Source: an uncultured Bacilli bacterium (GTDB lineage Bacteria > Bacillota_I > Bacilli_A > RF39 > UBA660). From it: a stretch of DNA of 64,000 nt. Below, piece by piece: positions 47,899-57,132 of this stretch. The first letter of the stretch is position 1. The number at the start of each line of letters is the position of its first letter. The stretch is taken from positions 21,684 through 85,683 of the forward strand of contig CAKPGT010000001.1 in assembly GCA_934155185.1 (NCBI GenBank), read 5' to 3'. A program made the translations under genes and the position numbers. The notes under the pieces are model-generated. The model did no database searches, had not been told where the DNA came from, and was given only the letters and a program-made list of their open reading frames with translations.

Positions 47899-49329
47899 AT
47901 GAGAGATAATAAGCCAAAAAAAATAGCGTTAATAGTACTTGTAGTAGCAGTAATAGGACTTACAGTTGCATTTGCAACATTATCAAGTAATTTAACGATA
48001 AATGGAAATGCTAAGTTAGATCCAATAAACTGGGATATATATTTTGATAATATATCTGGCGTAGATTTAAGCGGAGAAGCTGCTATAGTTAATAATCCTG
48101 AAATAGATAGTAATAATAAAACAAAGATAACAAACTTTAATGTTACGTTAAATAAACCAGGAGATAAGGTGGCATTTACAGTAGACTTAGTAAATGAAAG
48201 TGATATAACAGCAATAATAGATAAAATAGATACACCAACTATAAATTATGATTTTATAGAGTTTAAAGCTATATATACAGGGACTAATACAGAAGTTAAA
48301 GAGGGTAATGTAATAGCAGCTAAAACAGGTGGTGAGCCATCAAGAACAAATATAACAGTATCAGTATATTATAGTAAAGAAAAGGTGACAAATGAAGACT
48401 TAGAAAAAATACCAGTAGGTGGTTTAACAATAGATTTAAAAAACTATGGATTAACGTTTGTTCAGTCAGATAAGACAGCTAATATGCCAACTATTGAATT
48501 TGTAGATGGATGCACAGAGTTTACAAAGAAAGATACCTATGAAGTAGGGGATGTAATATCATTTTGTAATAAGAATAAAGGATATACAAATTCAGATGGA
48601 AAATATGTAAAAGGAAAGAGTGAAGACTTTTATGTAATAAGTGATAATGGAGATACAGTTACAGCATTAGCTAAATATAACTTAATTGTGGGAAATAAAT
48701 TAGTATATGATGACAGTTTTGAAAATTTATTATCAAAAACAGCATTAACAAGTAGTGATAAAGATTATGGCTTACAAAGCGGATTAACTAAAGCGGAAAT
48801 AGAAAACACCAGCTTAAAGATAATTGTTTACGGTACAATTGCATTTGCGAATAAGGATGAAAATAGAAAGAAAGCAGGATGTACTGGAAATGGTTGTTAT
48901 TTAGGATACTGGGCAAATACAGATGGAAGTTTAAAGGATAGTTATAAGAATGAAAGCCAAACTGATTATCCAGCAGATGTATATGATAGTAACTCTATAT
49001 TATATGAACATGTACAAAAATATCAAACATATTTTACAAGTACATTAAAAAAGGCAACATCAAAGATGAGATTAATAACGTATAATGAGCTAGTAGGATT
49101 AGGATGCAAAAAAACTACTAGCGATTCTGGAAGCTGTAAAACAGAAACAGTAGCAACAAATAAAAGAGAATGGATATATACTACCAATTATTGGAGTGCG
49201 TCCGCTTATGCTTATAACGACGTGTGGATGGTTGATTCCGGTGGCTACTTCAGCTCTTTCAACGGCTTTTGGAATGATGACTTCATGGGTGCCCGTCCAG
49301 TTATCACAATTAGCAAATCAGAAATATAA
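47899..49329 (+). CDS. Secreted/anchored protein of unknown function, paralogue 1, with hypervariable lectin-tip-like C-terminus
   Basis: N-terminal signal anchor (IALIVLVVAVIGLTVAFA). C-terminal NYWSASA...GARPVITISK. About 80-90% identical to 60573-61934 except in discrete blocks. Confidence 0.8.
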   Translation: MRDNKPKKIALIVLVVAVIGLTVAFATLSSNLTINGNAKLDPINWDIYFDNISGVDLSGEAAIVNNPEIDSNNKTKITNFNVTLNKPGDKVAFTVDLVNESDITAIIDKIDTPTINYDFIEFKAIYTGTNTEVKEGNVIAAKTGGEPSRTNITVSVYYSKEKVTNEDLEKIPVGGLTIDLKNYGLTFVQSDKTANMPTIEFVDGCTEFTKKDTYEVGDVISFCNKNKGYTNSDGKYVKGKSEDFYVISDNGDTVTALAKYNLIVGNKLVYDDSFENLLSKTALTSSDKDYGLQSGLTKAEIENTSLKIIVYGTIAFANKDENRKKAGCTGNGCYLGYWANTDGSLKDSYKNESQTDYPADVYDSNSILYEHVQKYQTYFTSTLKKATSKMRLITYNELVGLGCKKTTSDSGSCKTETVATNKREWIYTTNYWSASAYAYNDVWMVDSGGYFSSFNGFWNDDFMGARPVITISKSEI

Positions 49330-49392
49330 TATACATAAAAAGACAATTTAATACCTTAATATTTACTATTATTATATTGGTGATTATATAAT

Positions 49393-49566
49393 ATGAAAGT
49401 TAAGATTTTTGATTGTGAGAATGAAAAAGATTTAGAAGAAAATATTAATAATTTTATTAGTGGAAAAGAAGTAGTTGATATTAAATATGAACTATCTACC
49501 TTTGTTGATGGTGGGGACCAAATATACTGCTTTTCTGCTATGATAGTTTATATAGATAAGGGATGA
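49393..49566 (+). CDS. cse60: Sporulation protein Cse60-like (57 aa, below the ORF-track cutoff)
   Basis: MKVKIFDCENEKDLEENINNFI...VVDIKYELS...DQIYCFSAMIVY matches my memory of Bacillus Cse60/YteV. Confidence 0.55.
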   Translation: MKVKIFDCENEKDLEENINNFISGKEVVDIKYELSTFVDGGDQIYCFSAMIVYIDKG

Positions 49567-49571
49567 TGTAA

Positions 49572-51194
49572 GTGAAGAAAAATAGCTTTATTAATGGTGC
49601 TTTAATAGCTACTTTAGGTATTGTGTTAACTAAGTTTTTGGGAATAGTATATGTAATACCATTTTATTCAATTATTGGGGAATCTAATATAGCTTTATAC
49701 GGCTATGCATACACAATATATAATTTGTTTTTATCTTTATCAACTGTAGGCATACCTCCTGCAATGAGTAAGCTAATTAGTGAATATAATACTCTAGATT
49801 ATTATAATACCAAAGAAAGGGCATATAAGCTTGGAAGAAAACTTCTAATATTTATGGGATTTATACTATTTATAGTAATGTTTTTTGGTGCTCCTTTAAT
49901 TGCTAATCAAATAATGGGTAACAATACGGGGGGTAGCTCAAAAGAAAGTATAACATTCGTTATTAGAATAATTTCAACTGCCATACTTGTTGTTCCATAT
50001 TTAAGTGTTACTAAAGGATATTTACAAGGACATAAATTTATTACACCATCTTCAGTAAGTCAGGTAATTGAGCAAGTAGTTAGAATTACTGTTATATTAG
50101 CTGGAAGTTATTTATGCATGAGGGTATTTAAAGTAGGTGTTACAAATGCCGTTGGTGTAGCTGTTTTTGGTGCAACAATAGGTGCTTTAGTTGCTCTTTT
50201 ATACCTTTTAATGAAGATTAGTAGACATAAAAAAGAACTTATCGTTGATAAGGAAGTTACTAAAGAAGAGAAAAAAATAACAAATAAAATGATAGTTAAG
50301 AAACTACTTATATATTCTGTTCCATTTATATCATTTGGACTTGCATTATCTGTTTATGATTATATAGATATGACAACTATAATTAATACTCTAACTAATT
50401 TAGGATTTAAGACTAAAGACGCAGAAAGTATAATTGGTGTTATTAATACTACTGGAAATAAACTAAATAGTGTTGTTCTTGCAATATCAACGGGACTTAT
50501 GACTAGTTTAGTTCCTAACATAACAGCTAGCTTTGTTTCAGGTGACAAAAAAGATGTAAGAAAAAAAGTACATCAATCATTTCTTATGTTACTTTATGTT
50601 ACAATGCCCATGGCTGTCGGATTAAGTATTTTAGCAAAACCAGTATTTACAGCATTTTATGGAGCAAGTAATTGGGGCCCTAAAGTATTTTGTTTTACTA
50701 TTTTTATAGCACTATTTAGATGTATGTTTACAACTTCTATATCAATTGCACAATCCTTAAATAAATTTAAAAACGTATTTTTAAGTATAATAGCAGGAAT
50801 AGTAGTTAAATTAATTTTACAAGTTCCACTAATGCATTTATTTAATAGTATAGGTTTATATCCTTTCTGGGGTGCAACGTTAGCTACTTTAACTGGACTT
50901 TCTACATCTATAATTACTAATTTAGTAGTAATTAATAAAACGGTTAGTTTAGACTTTAAAGAATACTTTAAAGATATGTTTAAGTTTATATATCCTTTAA
51001 TTATCATGATTATAGCTTTAATTATTTTAAAAACATTTATTTCAATTGATGTTAATTCAAGAATATATGCTATAATGTTAATAGGCATATATGGATTTTT
51101 AGGGGCTTTAATATACTTTGCCCTTACTATTAAAAATGGTATCTTTAATAAGATATTTGGTGATAAGTTACTTAATAAATTAAGAAAGAGGTGA
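49572..51194 (+). CDS. MOP-superfamily flippase (MurJ/YtgP/SpoVB-like)
   Basis: 540 aa, about 14 TM segments. The N-terminus SFINGALIATLGIVLTKFLGIVYVIPF is typical of the polysaccharide-biosynthesis/lipid II flippase family. Confidence 0.75.
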   Translation: MKKNSFINGALIATLGIVLTKFLGIVYVIPFYSIIGESNIALYGYAYTIYNLFLSLSTVGIPPAMSKLISEYNTLDYYNTKERAYKLGRKLLIFMGFILFIVMFFGAPLIANQIMGNNTGGSSKESITFVIRIISTAILVVPYLSVTKGYLQGHKFITPSSVSQVIEQVVRITVILAGSYLCMRVFKVGVTNAVGVAVFGATIGALVALLYLLMKISRHKKELIVDKEVTKEEKKITNKMIVKKLLIYSVPFISFGLALSVYDYIDMTTIINTLTNLGFKTKDAESIIGVINTTGNKLNSVVLAISTGLMTSLVPNITASFVSGDKKDVRKKVHQSFLMLLYVTMPMAVGLSILAKPVFTAFYGASNWGPKVFCFTIFIALFRCMFTTSISIAQSLNKFKNVFLSIIAGIVVKLILQVPLMHLFNSIGLYPFWGATLATLTGLSTSIITNLVVINKTVSLDFKEYFKDMFKFIYPLIIMIIALIILKTFISIDVNSRIYAIMLIGIYGFLGALIYFALTIKNGIFNKIFGDKLLNKLRKR

Positions 51195-51199
51195 TAGCC

Positions 51200-52036
51200 A
51201 TGCTAAAAAATTTAAATGAAGCGCTTATGATGGATTTAAAGACATTTCAATTTCAAGATGAAAAAAGTTTAAGTGCATATTTAAAATGGTTGATATCAGA
51301 AGTTTATATGCAAAAATCAGGAAATATGGAAACTTATACACATAGATATATAGATGAGTGTAAGCAAAAAGGCTTAAATGTAAATGATGAATTAGTTAGG
51401 TTATCTCCATTAGCAAATAAATATTTAAGAGTAGAGGACCTTTTTAATCATATAACTAAATATGTATTAAATGGATATCTAACTTTAAATCAAGTTAAGG
51501 AGCCTCATAATGAAAATGAAATTACATCGTTTTATGATGTAATCTTAAAAACGCTAATATATTATCAAGATAAATTTAATAAAAATTTTGAATCAGATAC
51601 TGAAGCATTTATAGTAGAAATATTAAGAAACTATTTGATATATGATAGAGTAGAAGTATTTAGTAAAAGTAATGGAACTAGAGATTATGTTATTAAAAAG
51701 GGAAAAAACAATATAATTGAAGAAATTAAAATGTGCACTAATTATGCTCAGGAAGATCTAAATATAACTATAGATGATTTTTCTGAATTAGCAGCACAAA
51801 GGTGGATGCTTTTAAATCAAAATTTGAAAGATTCTAATTTAGAGGATATAACAAATGCTATTAGAGGAAATATAGCAAGTGCTAGATTAAATGATAAACA
51901 AAAAAGTTATTTGCTAAGCGAACTTGAAAACGGAAATATTGATACATTAGAGTCTTACGTCCCTCCTATTTCAGGTGATTTAATAAAAGCTTATAAAAGT
52001 GCAAAAGGAAATGTAAAGAAACCACGTTCAATTTAA
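51200..52036 (+). CDS. Hypothetical protein, translationally coupled to the flippase gene
   Basis: The ORF overlaps the upstream stop. No recognisable motif. Confidence 0.4.
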   Translation: MLKNLNEALMMDLKTFQFQDEKSLSAYLKWLISEVYMQKSGNMETYTHRYIDECKQKGLNVNDELVRLSPLANKYLRVEDLFNHITKYVLNGYLTLNQVKEPHNENEITSFYDVILKTLIYYQDKFNKNFESDTEAFIVEILRNYLIYDRVEVFSKSNGTRDYVIKKGKNNIIEEIKMCTNYAQEDLNITIDDFSELAAQRWMLLNQNLKDSNLEDITNAIRGNIASARLNDKQKSYLLSELENGNIDTLESYVPPISGDLIKAYKSAKGNVKKPRSI

Positions 52037-52060
52037 AAAGTCTACAAAAGTAGGCTTTTT

Positions 52061-52351
52061 TTACATCATATACATTTCACCATTATAATTGTCATTATTT
52101 TGGGTGGTTTGATATGGAATGTTATTTCCTTGATTATTTTGATAAGGACTTTCTAATCTAGAAATTCTGTTTTCTAGTACCTTAACCTTTTTTTCTAGAG
52201 CAGATACTCTATTATCTAGTGCACTAGAATTAGTATTCATGTAATTTGGATACATCATAGCATTGCCTGGCATTGTTCCCATTCCAGCCATGTTTTGCAT
52301 GTTTGGGAAAGGAAACATTTGCGGCATATAGTTATTTCTATTATCTTTCAT
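52061..52351 (-). CDS. Small N/Q/M/Y-rich protein with a central coiled coil
   Basis: Low-complexity ends flank SALDNRVSALEKKVKVLENRISRLES. RBS AGGAGG. Confidence 0.5.
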   Translation of the reverse strand: MKDNRNNYMPQMFPFPNMQNMAGMGTMPGNAMMYPNYMNTNSSALDNRVSALEKKVKVLENRISRLESPYQNNQGNNIPYQTTQNNDNYNGEMYMM

Positions 52352-52432
52352 TTAACTTCCTCCTAATAAAGCTTTCATTTAATTATATGTATATTTTGGG
52401 TTTTGGTGTATAATAATTTACGGGTGATTTAT

Positions 52433-53068
52433 TTGAGACTAAAAAATGTTAAAGATGCTAGCAAAATAATAAGTGCATCTAATTATGTAATTAAAAATCC
52501 ATCAGAATATAAAAGTAAATGGAATGACTTATTTGAAAACAATAATTCAATAGATATAGAAATAGGAATGGGTAAAGGGGATTTTATAATAGGAATGGCT
52601 AAGAAAAATCCGCATATCAACTATATTGGAATTGAAATGTTTGATTCAGTTATAGTAAGGGCGGTTCAAAAGCTAGAAAATGCCAATATTCCTAATTTAA
52701 AGCTTATAAGAATGGATGCTTCAAATATTGATGATGTATTTAATAAAGAAATAGATACTATGTATTTAAATTTCTCTGACCCATGGCCTAAAAAGAGACA
52801 TGAAAAAAGAAGACTTACATCGCATAACTTTCTAGCTAAATATGATAGTATATTTAAAGGGACAAAGAAAATAGTACAAAAGACTGATAATAAGGACCTT
52901 TTTTGCTTCTCATTAGTGTCTTTTAGTACATATGGCTATGTGATAGATGATGTCACACTAGATTTAAAAAAACTAGATGATATTGAAAATGTTCCAACTG
53001 AATATGAGAAAAAATTTAATGGAAAAAATATTAACATATGTAGAGTAAAAGTACATAAAAAGGATTAG
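52433..53068 (+). CDS. trmB: tRNA (guanine46-N7)-methyltransferase
   Basis: MRLKNVKDA..., EIGMGKGDF and FSDPWPKKRHEKRRL motifs. The TTG at 52433 is preferred because the track start at 52403 lies in a TGTATAAT -10 element. Confidence 0.85.
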   Translation: MRLKNVKDASKIISASNYVIKNPSEYKSKWNDLFENNNSIDIEIGMGKGDFIIGMAKKNPHINYIGIEMFDSVIVRAVQKLENANIPNLKLIRMDASNIDDVFNKEIDTMYLNFSDPWPKKRHEKRRLTSHNFLAKYDSIFKGTKKIVQKTDNKDLFCFSLVSFSTYGYVIDDVTLDLKKLDDIENVPTEYEKKFNGKNINICRVKVHKKD

Positions 53069-53070
53069 GT

Positions 53071-54264
53071 ATGAAAAAGAAAGTTTTAATGTTAGTATCA
53101 TTATTTGTTTTCTTAGTATTATTATCTTTATTGTTATATATATACTTTGATAATAAGCTTAAAGATGATAATTCTAAGTTTTCATTAATAGATGATCTTT
53201 CTATAGAGGTTTATGAATATGTTAACGTAAGTCATTTTATTAAAGACATAGATGGAAAGATAGTAAAAGATAAAAAAATTAATACCAATAAAATAGGAAA
53301 TAAAAAAATATCCTTTATATATCTTAACTCAAGAGGAAAGAAAAGAAGAGGGACATTTAGTATAAAAGTAGTAGATTTAGAAAAACCTTTAGTATGGTTA
53401 TCTAATAAGTATAATATTAAACTTGGAAGTAAAGATAATTTGCTTGATAGTATTATGTGTGCTGATAATTATGATACAAATCCATCGTGTGAAATAAAAG
53501 GTTTTTATGATTTAAATGAAAAAGGTACATATCCTTTGACTTATGTTGCAAAAGATAAGTCTGGTAATGAAAGTTCTACCGATTTTATCTTAAATGTTTA
53601 TGAACAAAGCAAAAATAGCAAGGAAGTTAAAGAAAGTACAACTAATTTTAGTGATGTTTTAAATGAACATAAAACAAGTAATACAGAAGTTGGAATAGAT
53701 GTTTCTAAATGGCAAAAGAATATAGACTTTAAAAAAATAAAAGATGCAGGTGCAACATTTGTTATGATAAGATTAGGATATCAAGATGGTATAAATGGCA
53801 AATATATTTTAGATAAGTATTTTGAAGAAAACATTAAAAATGCAAACGAAAATGGCATTAAGGTAGGGGTTTACTTTTATTCTTATGCTGATAGTAAAAA
53901 AGAAGCTAAAAAGCAGGCTAAGTGGGTTATAGAAAACGTAAAAAAACATAAGATAGAACTTCCTATAGCATTTGACTGGGAATGTTATACGTCATTTAAT
54001 AAAATGAATCTTAGTTTATTTGGACTAGGGGAGGTAGCTGACTCATTTTTGGATGAAGTTAAAAAACTTGGCTATAAACCAATGTTATATGGTAGTAAAA
54101 ATTACTTAAATAGTGTTTGGAAATATAATAATTATGATGTTTGGCTTGCCCATTATACAAATAAGACTAATTATGATGGCAAATACGTAATGTGGCAAAT
54201 TTGTGATAATGGTATAATAGATGGAATAGAAGAAAAAGTTGATATAGACATTTTATATTTTTAA
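53071..54264 (+). CDS. GH25 muramidase (lysozyme) with N-terminal anchor and Ig-like domain
   Basis: GIDVSKWQKNIDFKKIKDAGATFVMIRLGY, GVYFYSYA and FDWE are GH25 motifs. An upstream DUF5011-like Ig segment is present. Confidence 0.8.
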   Translation: MKKKVLMLVSLFVFLVLLSLLLYIYFDNKLKDDNSKFSLIDDLSIEVYEYVNVSHFIKDIDGKIVKDKKINTNKIGNKKISFIYLNSRGKKRRGTFSIKVVDLEKPLVWLSNKYNIKLGSKDNLLDSIMCADNYDTNPSCEIKGFYDLNEKGTYPLTYVAKDKSGNESSTDFILNVYEQSKNSKEVKESTTNFSDVLNEHKTSNTEVGIDVSKWQKNIDFKKIKDAGATFVMIRLGYQDGINGKYILDKYFEENIKNANENGIKVGVYFYSYADSKKEAKKQAKWVIENVKKHKIELPIAFDWECYTSFNKMNLSLFGLGEVADSFLDEVKKLGYKPMLYGSKNYLNSVWKYNNYDVWLAHYTNKTNYDGKYVMWQICDNGIIDGIEEKVDIDILYF

Positions 54265-54321
54265 AAGGTTTTATTTTTTACTTTTTTTTGCTATAATGTA
54301 TGTAAAGTAGGTGAAACTATT

Positions 54322-55035
54322 ATGAGAAAAGGTTTGTTAATTTTACTCACACTAGTTGTATTATCTGGGTGTAGTATATCTAGACTTGATAATTACAATA
54401 ATGATGAGATAATTAATAAAGTATTATCATTTGATATAAAAATGTTAAATAAAGTAGGAAATGGTTATAAATACTATACTCCAAAGGGTGTAGTTAGAAT
54501 TGATTCAAACTCCTATAATGAAACGCTAAAAAGGAAAAATACATTATACTATTTATATGTTGATGTAGTAAGTTATTATTATAAAAATAAAATTGAGTAT
54601 AAAGAAAACAAAAAAGCCTATTATTCTTACGTTATTAATGATAAAAATAATAAGGGATATGTAGAAGTAAACGAAAAAAATAACAAATTGTATGTTAAAA
54701 TGACCTATAATTATGCTAAAATAGAAACGTATACGGATAAGCAAAATTTAAAGCAAACTTTATCTGATATAAGTTATGTTTTATCAAGCATTAAATTTAG
54801 TGATTCACTTTTAAAGAAGATGTATGAATCAGGTGATTTGTCTTCTAAAGAAGAAGTGTATAAGTTATTCGAAAATAAGGGTAAAGAAGGAAATTTCTTA
54901 GAGTATATAAAGGAATATGACAAATATGACGGTGATCAAAAAGATAACCAAACAAAAGAAGAAGAGTTAAAAATAGATGATAAAACCACTACGACTACTA
55001 GTAGTGATGATGTTACAACTTCTTCTAGTAAGTAG
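54322..55035 (+). CDS. Putative lipoprotein
   Basis: Lipobox LVVLSGCS with a Thr/Ser-rich C-terminus. Confidence 0.55.
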   Translation: MRKGLLILLTLVVLSGCSISRLDNYNNDEIINKVLSFDIKMLNKVGNGYKYYTPKGVVRIDSNSYNETLKRKNTLYYLYVDVVSYYYKNKIEYKENKKAYYSYVINDKNNKGYVEVNEKNNKLYVKMTYNYAKIETYTDKQNLKQTLSDISYVLSSIKFSDSLLKKMYESGDLSSKEEVYKLFENKGKEGNFLEYIKEYDKYDGDQKDNQTKEEELKIDDKTTTTTSSDDVTTSSSK

Positions 55036-55059
55036 TAAAGAAAGGTGTGATTTTACATT

Positions 55060-55959
55060 ATGGGATTTATGAATAAATTAAGTAAAATGAAAAGTTTCCT
55101 ATTTGATGAAGAAGAGGTAGAAGAAAAACCATCTAAAAAACAGCCTAAGAAGTTAGCTAAAAAAATGGTTAGTAAACCACAGGAAATTGATATTGATGAA
55201 GAATTTGAGAAAACTCAAGAGATCGAAAGTCTTTATATAGAAGACTTACCAGTTGAAAATGCAGTTATATCAGAGGTTAAATCAAGAACTGTTAAAAATG
55301 AACCTAGCTTTAAGTTTCCTGAGTTTAATGATGATGATTTTGCTATAGCAAATACTAAACCTGAACCTATAGTAAGTGTATCTCCTGTTATTAAAGAGGA
55401 ACCTAAGCCTGTACTATACCAGGGCAGTAAGAGAAAAGAAGAGACTAAGAAGTTTAAACCAAGTCCTATTATTTCTCCTGTATATGGACTTTTAGATGAA
55501 TCAGGAAATAAAATAAAAAAAGATGATTCAAAACCTGATGCTAAAGCAAAGCATAAAGAAGATATGACATTTGAAGAAGTTAGAAGAAAAGCTTATGGTG
55601 AAGTGAAATTAGATGATTATGAAGATACATTAAAGGCTTTGAAAACAAAAACGTTAGAAGAAGCTGAAATGGAGATGGATAATCAAACTAAAGAGCTTTC
55701 AAGGTCAAAGGAAAAAAGCAAAAAGAAGACTGAAGATATAGAAAAAACATTAAAAAAAGAAAAGCAAGATGATATGATTTTACCTAATATAAATTTTAAA
55801 GAAATAGATGTTGATAAAGAAAGATTAGGTAAAAAAGAAAATTACATAAAAAAAGAAACCGTAAATGATGATGAAGATGATGACGAGGAAACTAAAGAAC
55901 AAGATTTATTTAATTTAATTGACTCAATGTATCAAGGAAAGGAGAAAGAAGAAGAGTGA
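55060..55959 (+). CDS. Hypothetical Lys/Glu-rich protein
   Basis: 299-aa highly charged ORF with an N-terminal amphipathic MGFMNKLSKMKSFLF. Confidence 0.4.
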   Translation: MGFMNKLSKMKSFLFDEEEVEEKPSKKQPKKLAKKMVSKPQEIDIDEEFEKTQEIESLYIEDLPVENAVISEVKSRTVKNEPSFKFPEFNDDDFAIANTKPEPIVSVSPVIKEEPKPVLYQGSKRKEETKKFKPSPIISPVYGLLDESGNKIKKDDSKPDAKAKHKEDMTFEEVRRKAYGEVKLDDYEDTLKALKTKTLEEAEMEMDNQTKELSRSKEKSKKKTEDIEKTLKKEKQDDMILPNINFKEIDVDKERLGKKENYIKKETVNDDEDDDEETKEQDLFNLIDSMYQGKEKEEE

Positions 55960-56264
55960 TGGATTATTTGAGTGAATATTTGCCCGTATTAATATATATA
56001 TTATTATGTATTCTTATAATTTTACTTATAGTAATATGTGTAAAAGTAATTAAGACAATGAATAAGGTAAATGACATAGTAGATGAAGTAGATGAGAAAG
56101 TAAAGTCATTAAATGGTATTTTTAGTATAGTAGATGTTGTAACTGATAAGTTATCGGCGCTAACTGAAGTTATTTCAGATTCAGTTGTATTGTTTTTTAA
56201 GAGAATATTTAGAAAGAAGAATAAGAAAAATATAGAAAGTGAGGATAATTATGAAGAAGAATAA
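55956..56264 (+). CDS. DUF948-like membrane protein
   Basis: A single N-terminal TM followed by a helical KTMNKVNDIVDEVDEKVKSLN segment. Confidence 0.5.
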   Translation: MMDYLSEYLPVLIYILLCILIILLIVICVKVIKTMNKVNDIVDEVDEKVKSLNGIFSIVDVVTDKLSALTEVISDSVVLFFKRIFRKKNKKNIESEDNYEEE

Positions 56265-56661
56265 TTGTAAATCAGGAATAGGAAAATTTGTTTTAGGTGC
56301 AACTGTTGGAGCTGCTCTTGGCGTTTTATTTGCACCAAAATCTGGTAGTAAAACTAGAGCAGAGTTAAAAAAGAAGGCAGTAGAATTAATTAATAAGGCA
56401 AAAGAAATAGATGTAAAAGAAGTAAAGGAAAACATAGAAGATAAAGTTGTTAGTATTATGGAAGAAATAAAAGAACTTGATAAAGAAAAAGTTTATGATA
56501 TTGCCAAGAAAAAAGCATCAGATTTAAAGAAAAATGCTGAAAATTTAGTTGCGTATACTAAAGAAAAAGCAACTCCAGTAGTTCAAGATGCTGCTGATGC
56601 ATTAAGAAAAAAAGCTATAGATGTAACAAAGAGCGTTTTAGCAAAATTAGAGGCTAAATAA
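56251..56661 (+). CDS. YtxH-like general stress protein
   Basis: GKFVLGATVGAALGVLFAPKSGSKTRAELKKKA is the YtxH signature. Confidence 0.7.
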   Translation: MKKNNCKSGIGKFVLGATVGAALGVLFAPKSGSKTRAELKKKAVELINKAKEIDVKEVKENIEDKVVSIMEEIKELDKEKVYDIAKKKASDLKKNAENLVAYTKEKATPVVQDAADALRKKAIDVTKSVLAKLEAK

Positions 56662-56683
56662 AAAAAGTGCTAAGGCACTTTTT

Positions 56684-57031
56684 TTAGTACTTATTATAGC
56701 CATGGCTGTAGTCGTCATCGCTGTATGTATTTGCAGTATTATACATAATTAAATGTGAATAATTTTCTTCAAAATCTACATTATCTTTGGCATAATAGTC
56801 AATAGCTTCTTGTTCACATTCTTTATACAAAAACTTTTGATTAAGCTTTGTTTTGCCTTTACAAGAAACTTTTTTTTGAACTACGAACTCAGTTAAAGCA
56901 CTTAGATGCTCAAACTCAATAACTCCTTTTTGCTCGAAATCATTAAATATTTTTTCAATAATATTAATATTTATTTTATAAGTTTCTTTTAAATCATTAA
57001 ATAATAATATTATATTATTGTCTTCCATCAA
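56684..57031 (-). CDS. Hypothetical protein
   Basis: 115-aa ORF with no recognised motif. Confidence 0.35.
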   Translation of the reverse strand: MMEDNNIILLFNDLKETYKININIIEKIFNDFEQKGVIEFEHLSALTEFVVQKKVSCKGKTKLNQKFLYKECEQEAIDYYAKDNVDFEENYSHLIMYNTANTYSDDDYSHGYNKY

Positions 57032-57104
57032 GACACCTCTTTCCTTTTATTTGCCTATTATTATAATTATTAATTAAAAAAAGTCAACATTTTTGTACTT
57101 TAGT

Positions 57105-57113
57105 CATACATTA
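57105..57113 (+). promoter_or_regulatory. Possible mother-cell (sigma-E/sigma-K type) -10 element upstream of cotE
   Basis: CATACATTA matches the CATACA-T / CATA---TA consensus. About 20 nt upstream of the cotE ATG. Confidence 0.3.
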
Positions 57114-57132
57114 ATGTGAGGAGGGGATTCTA

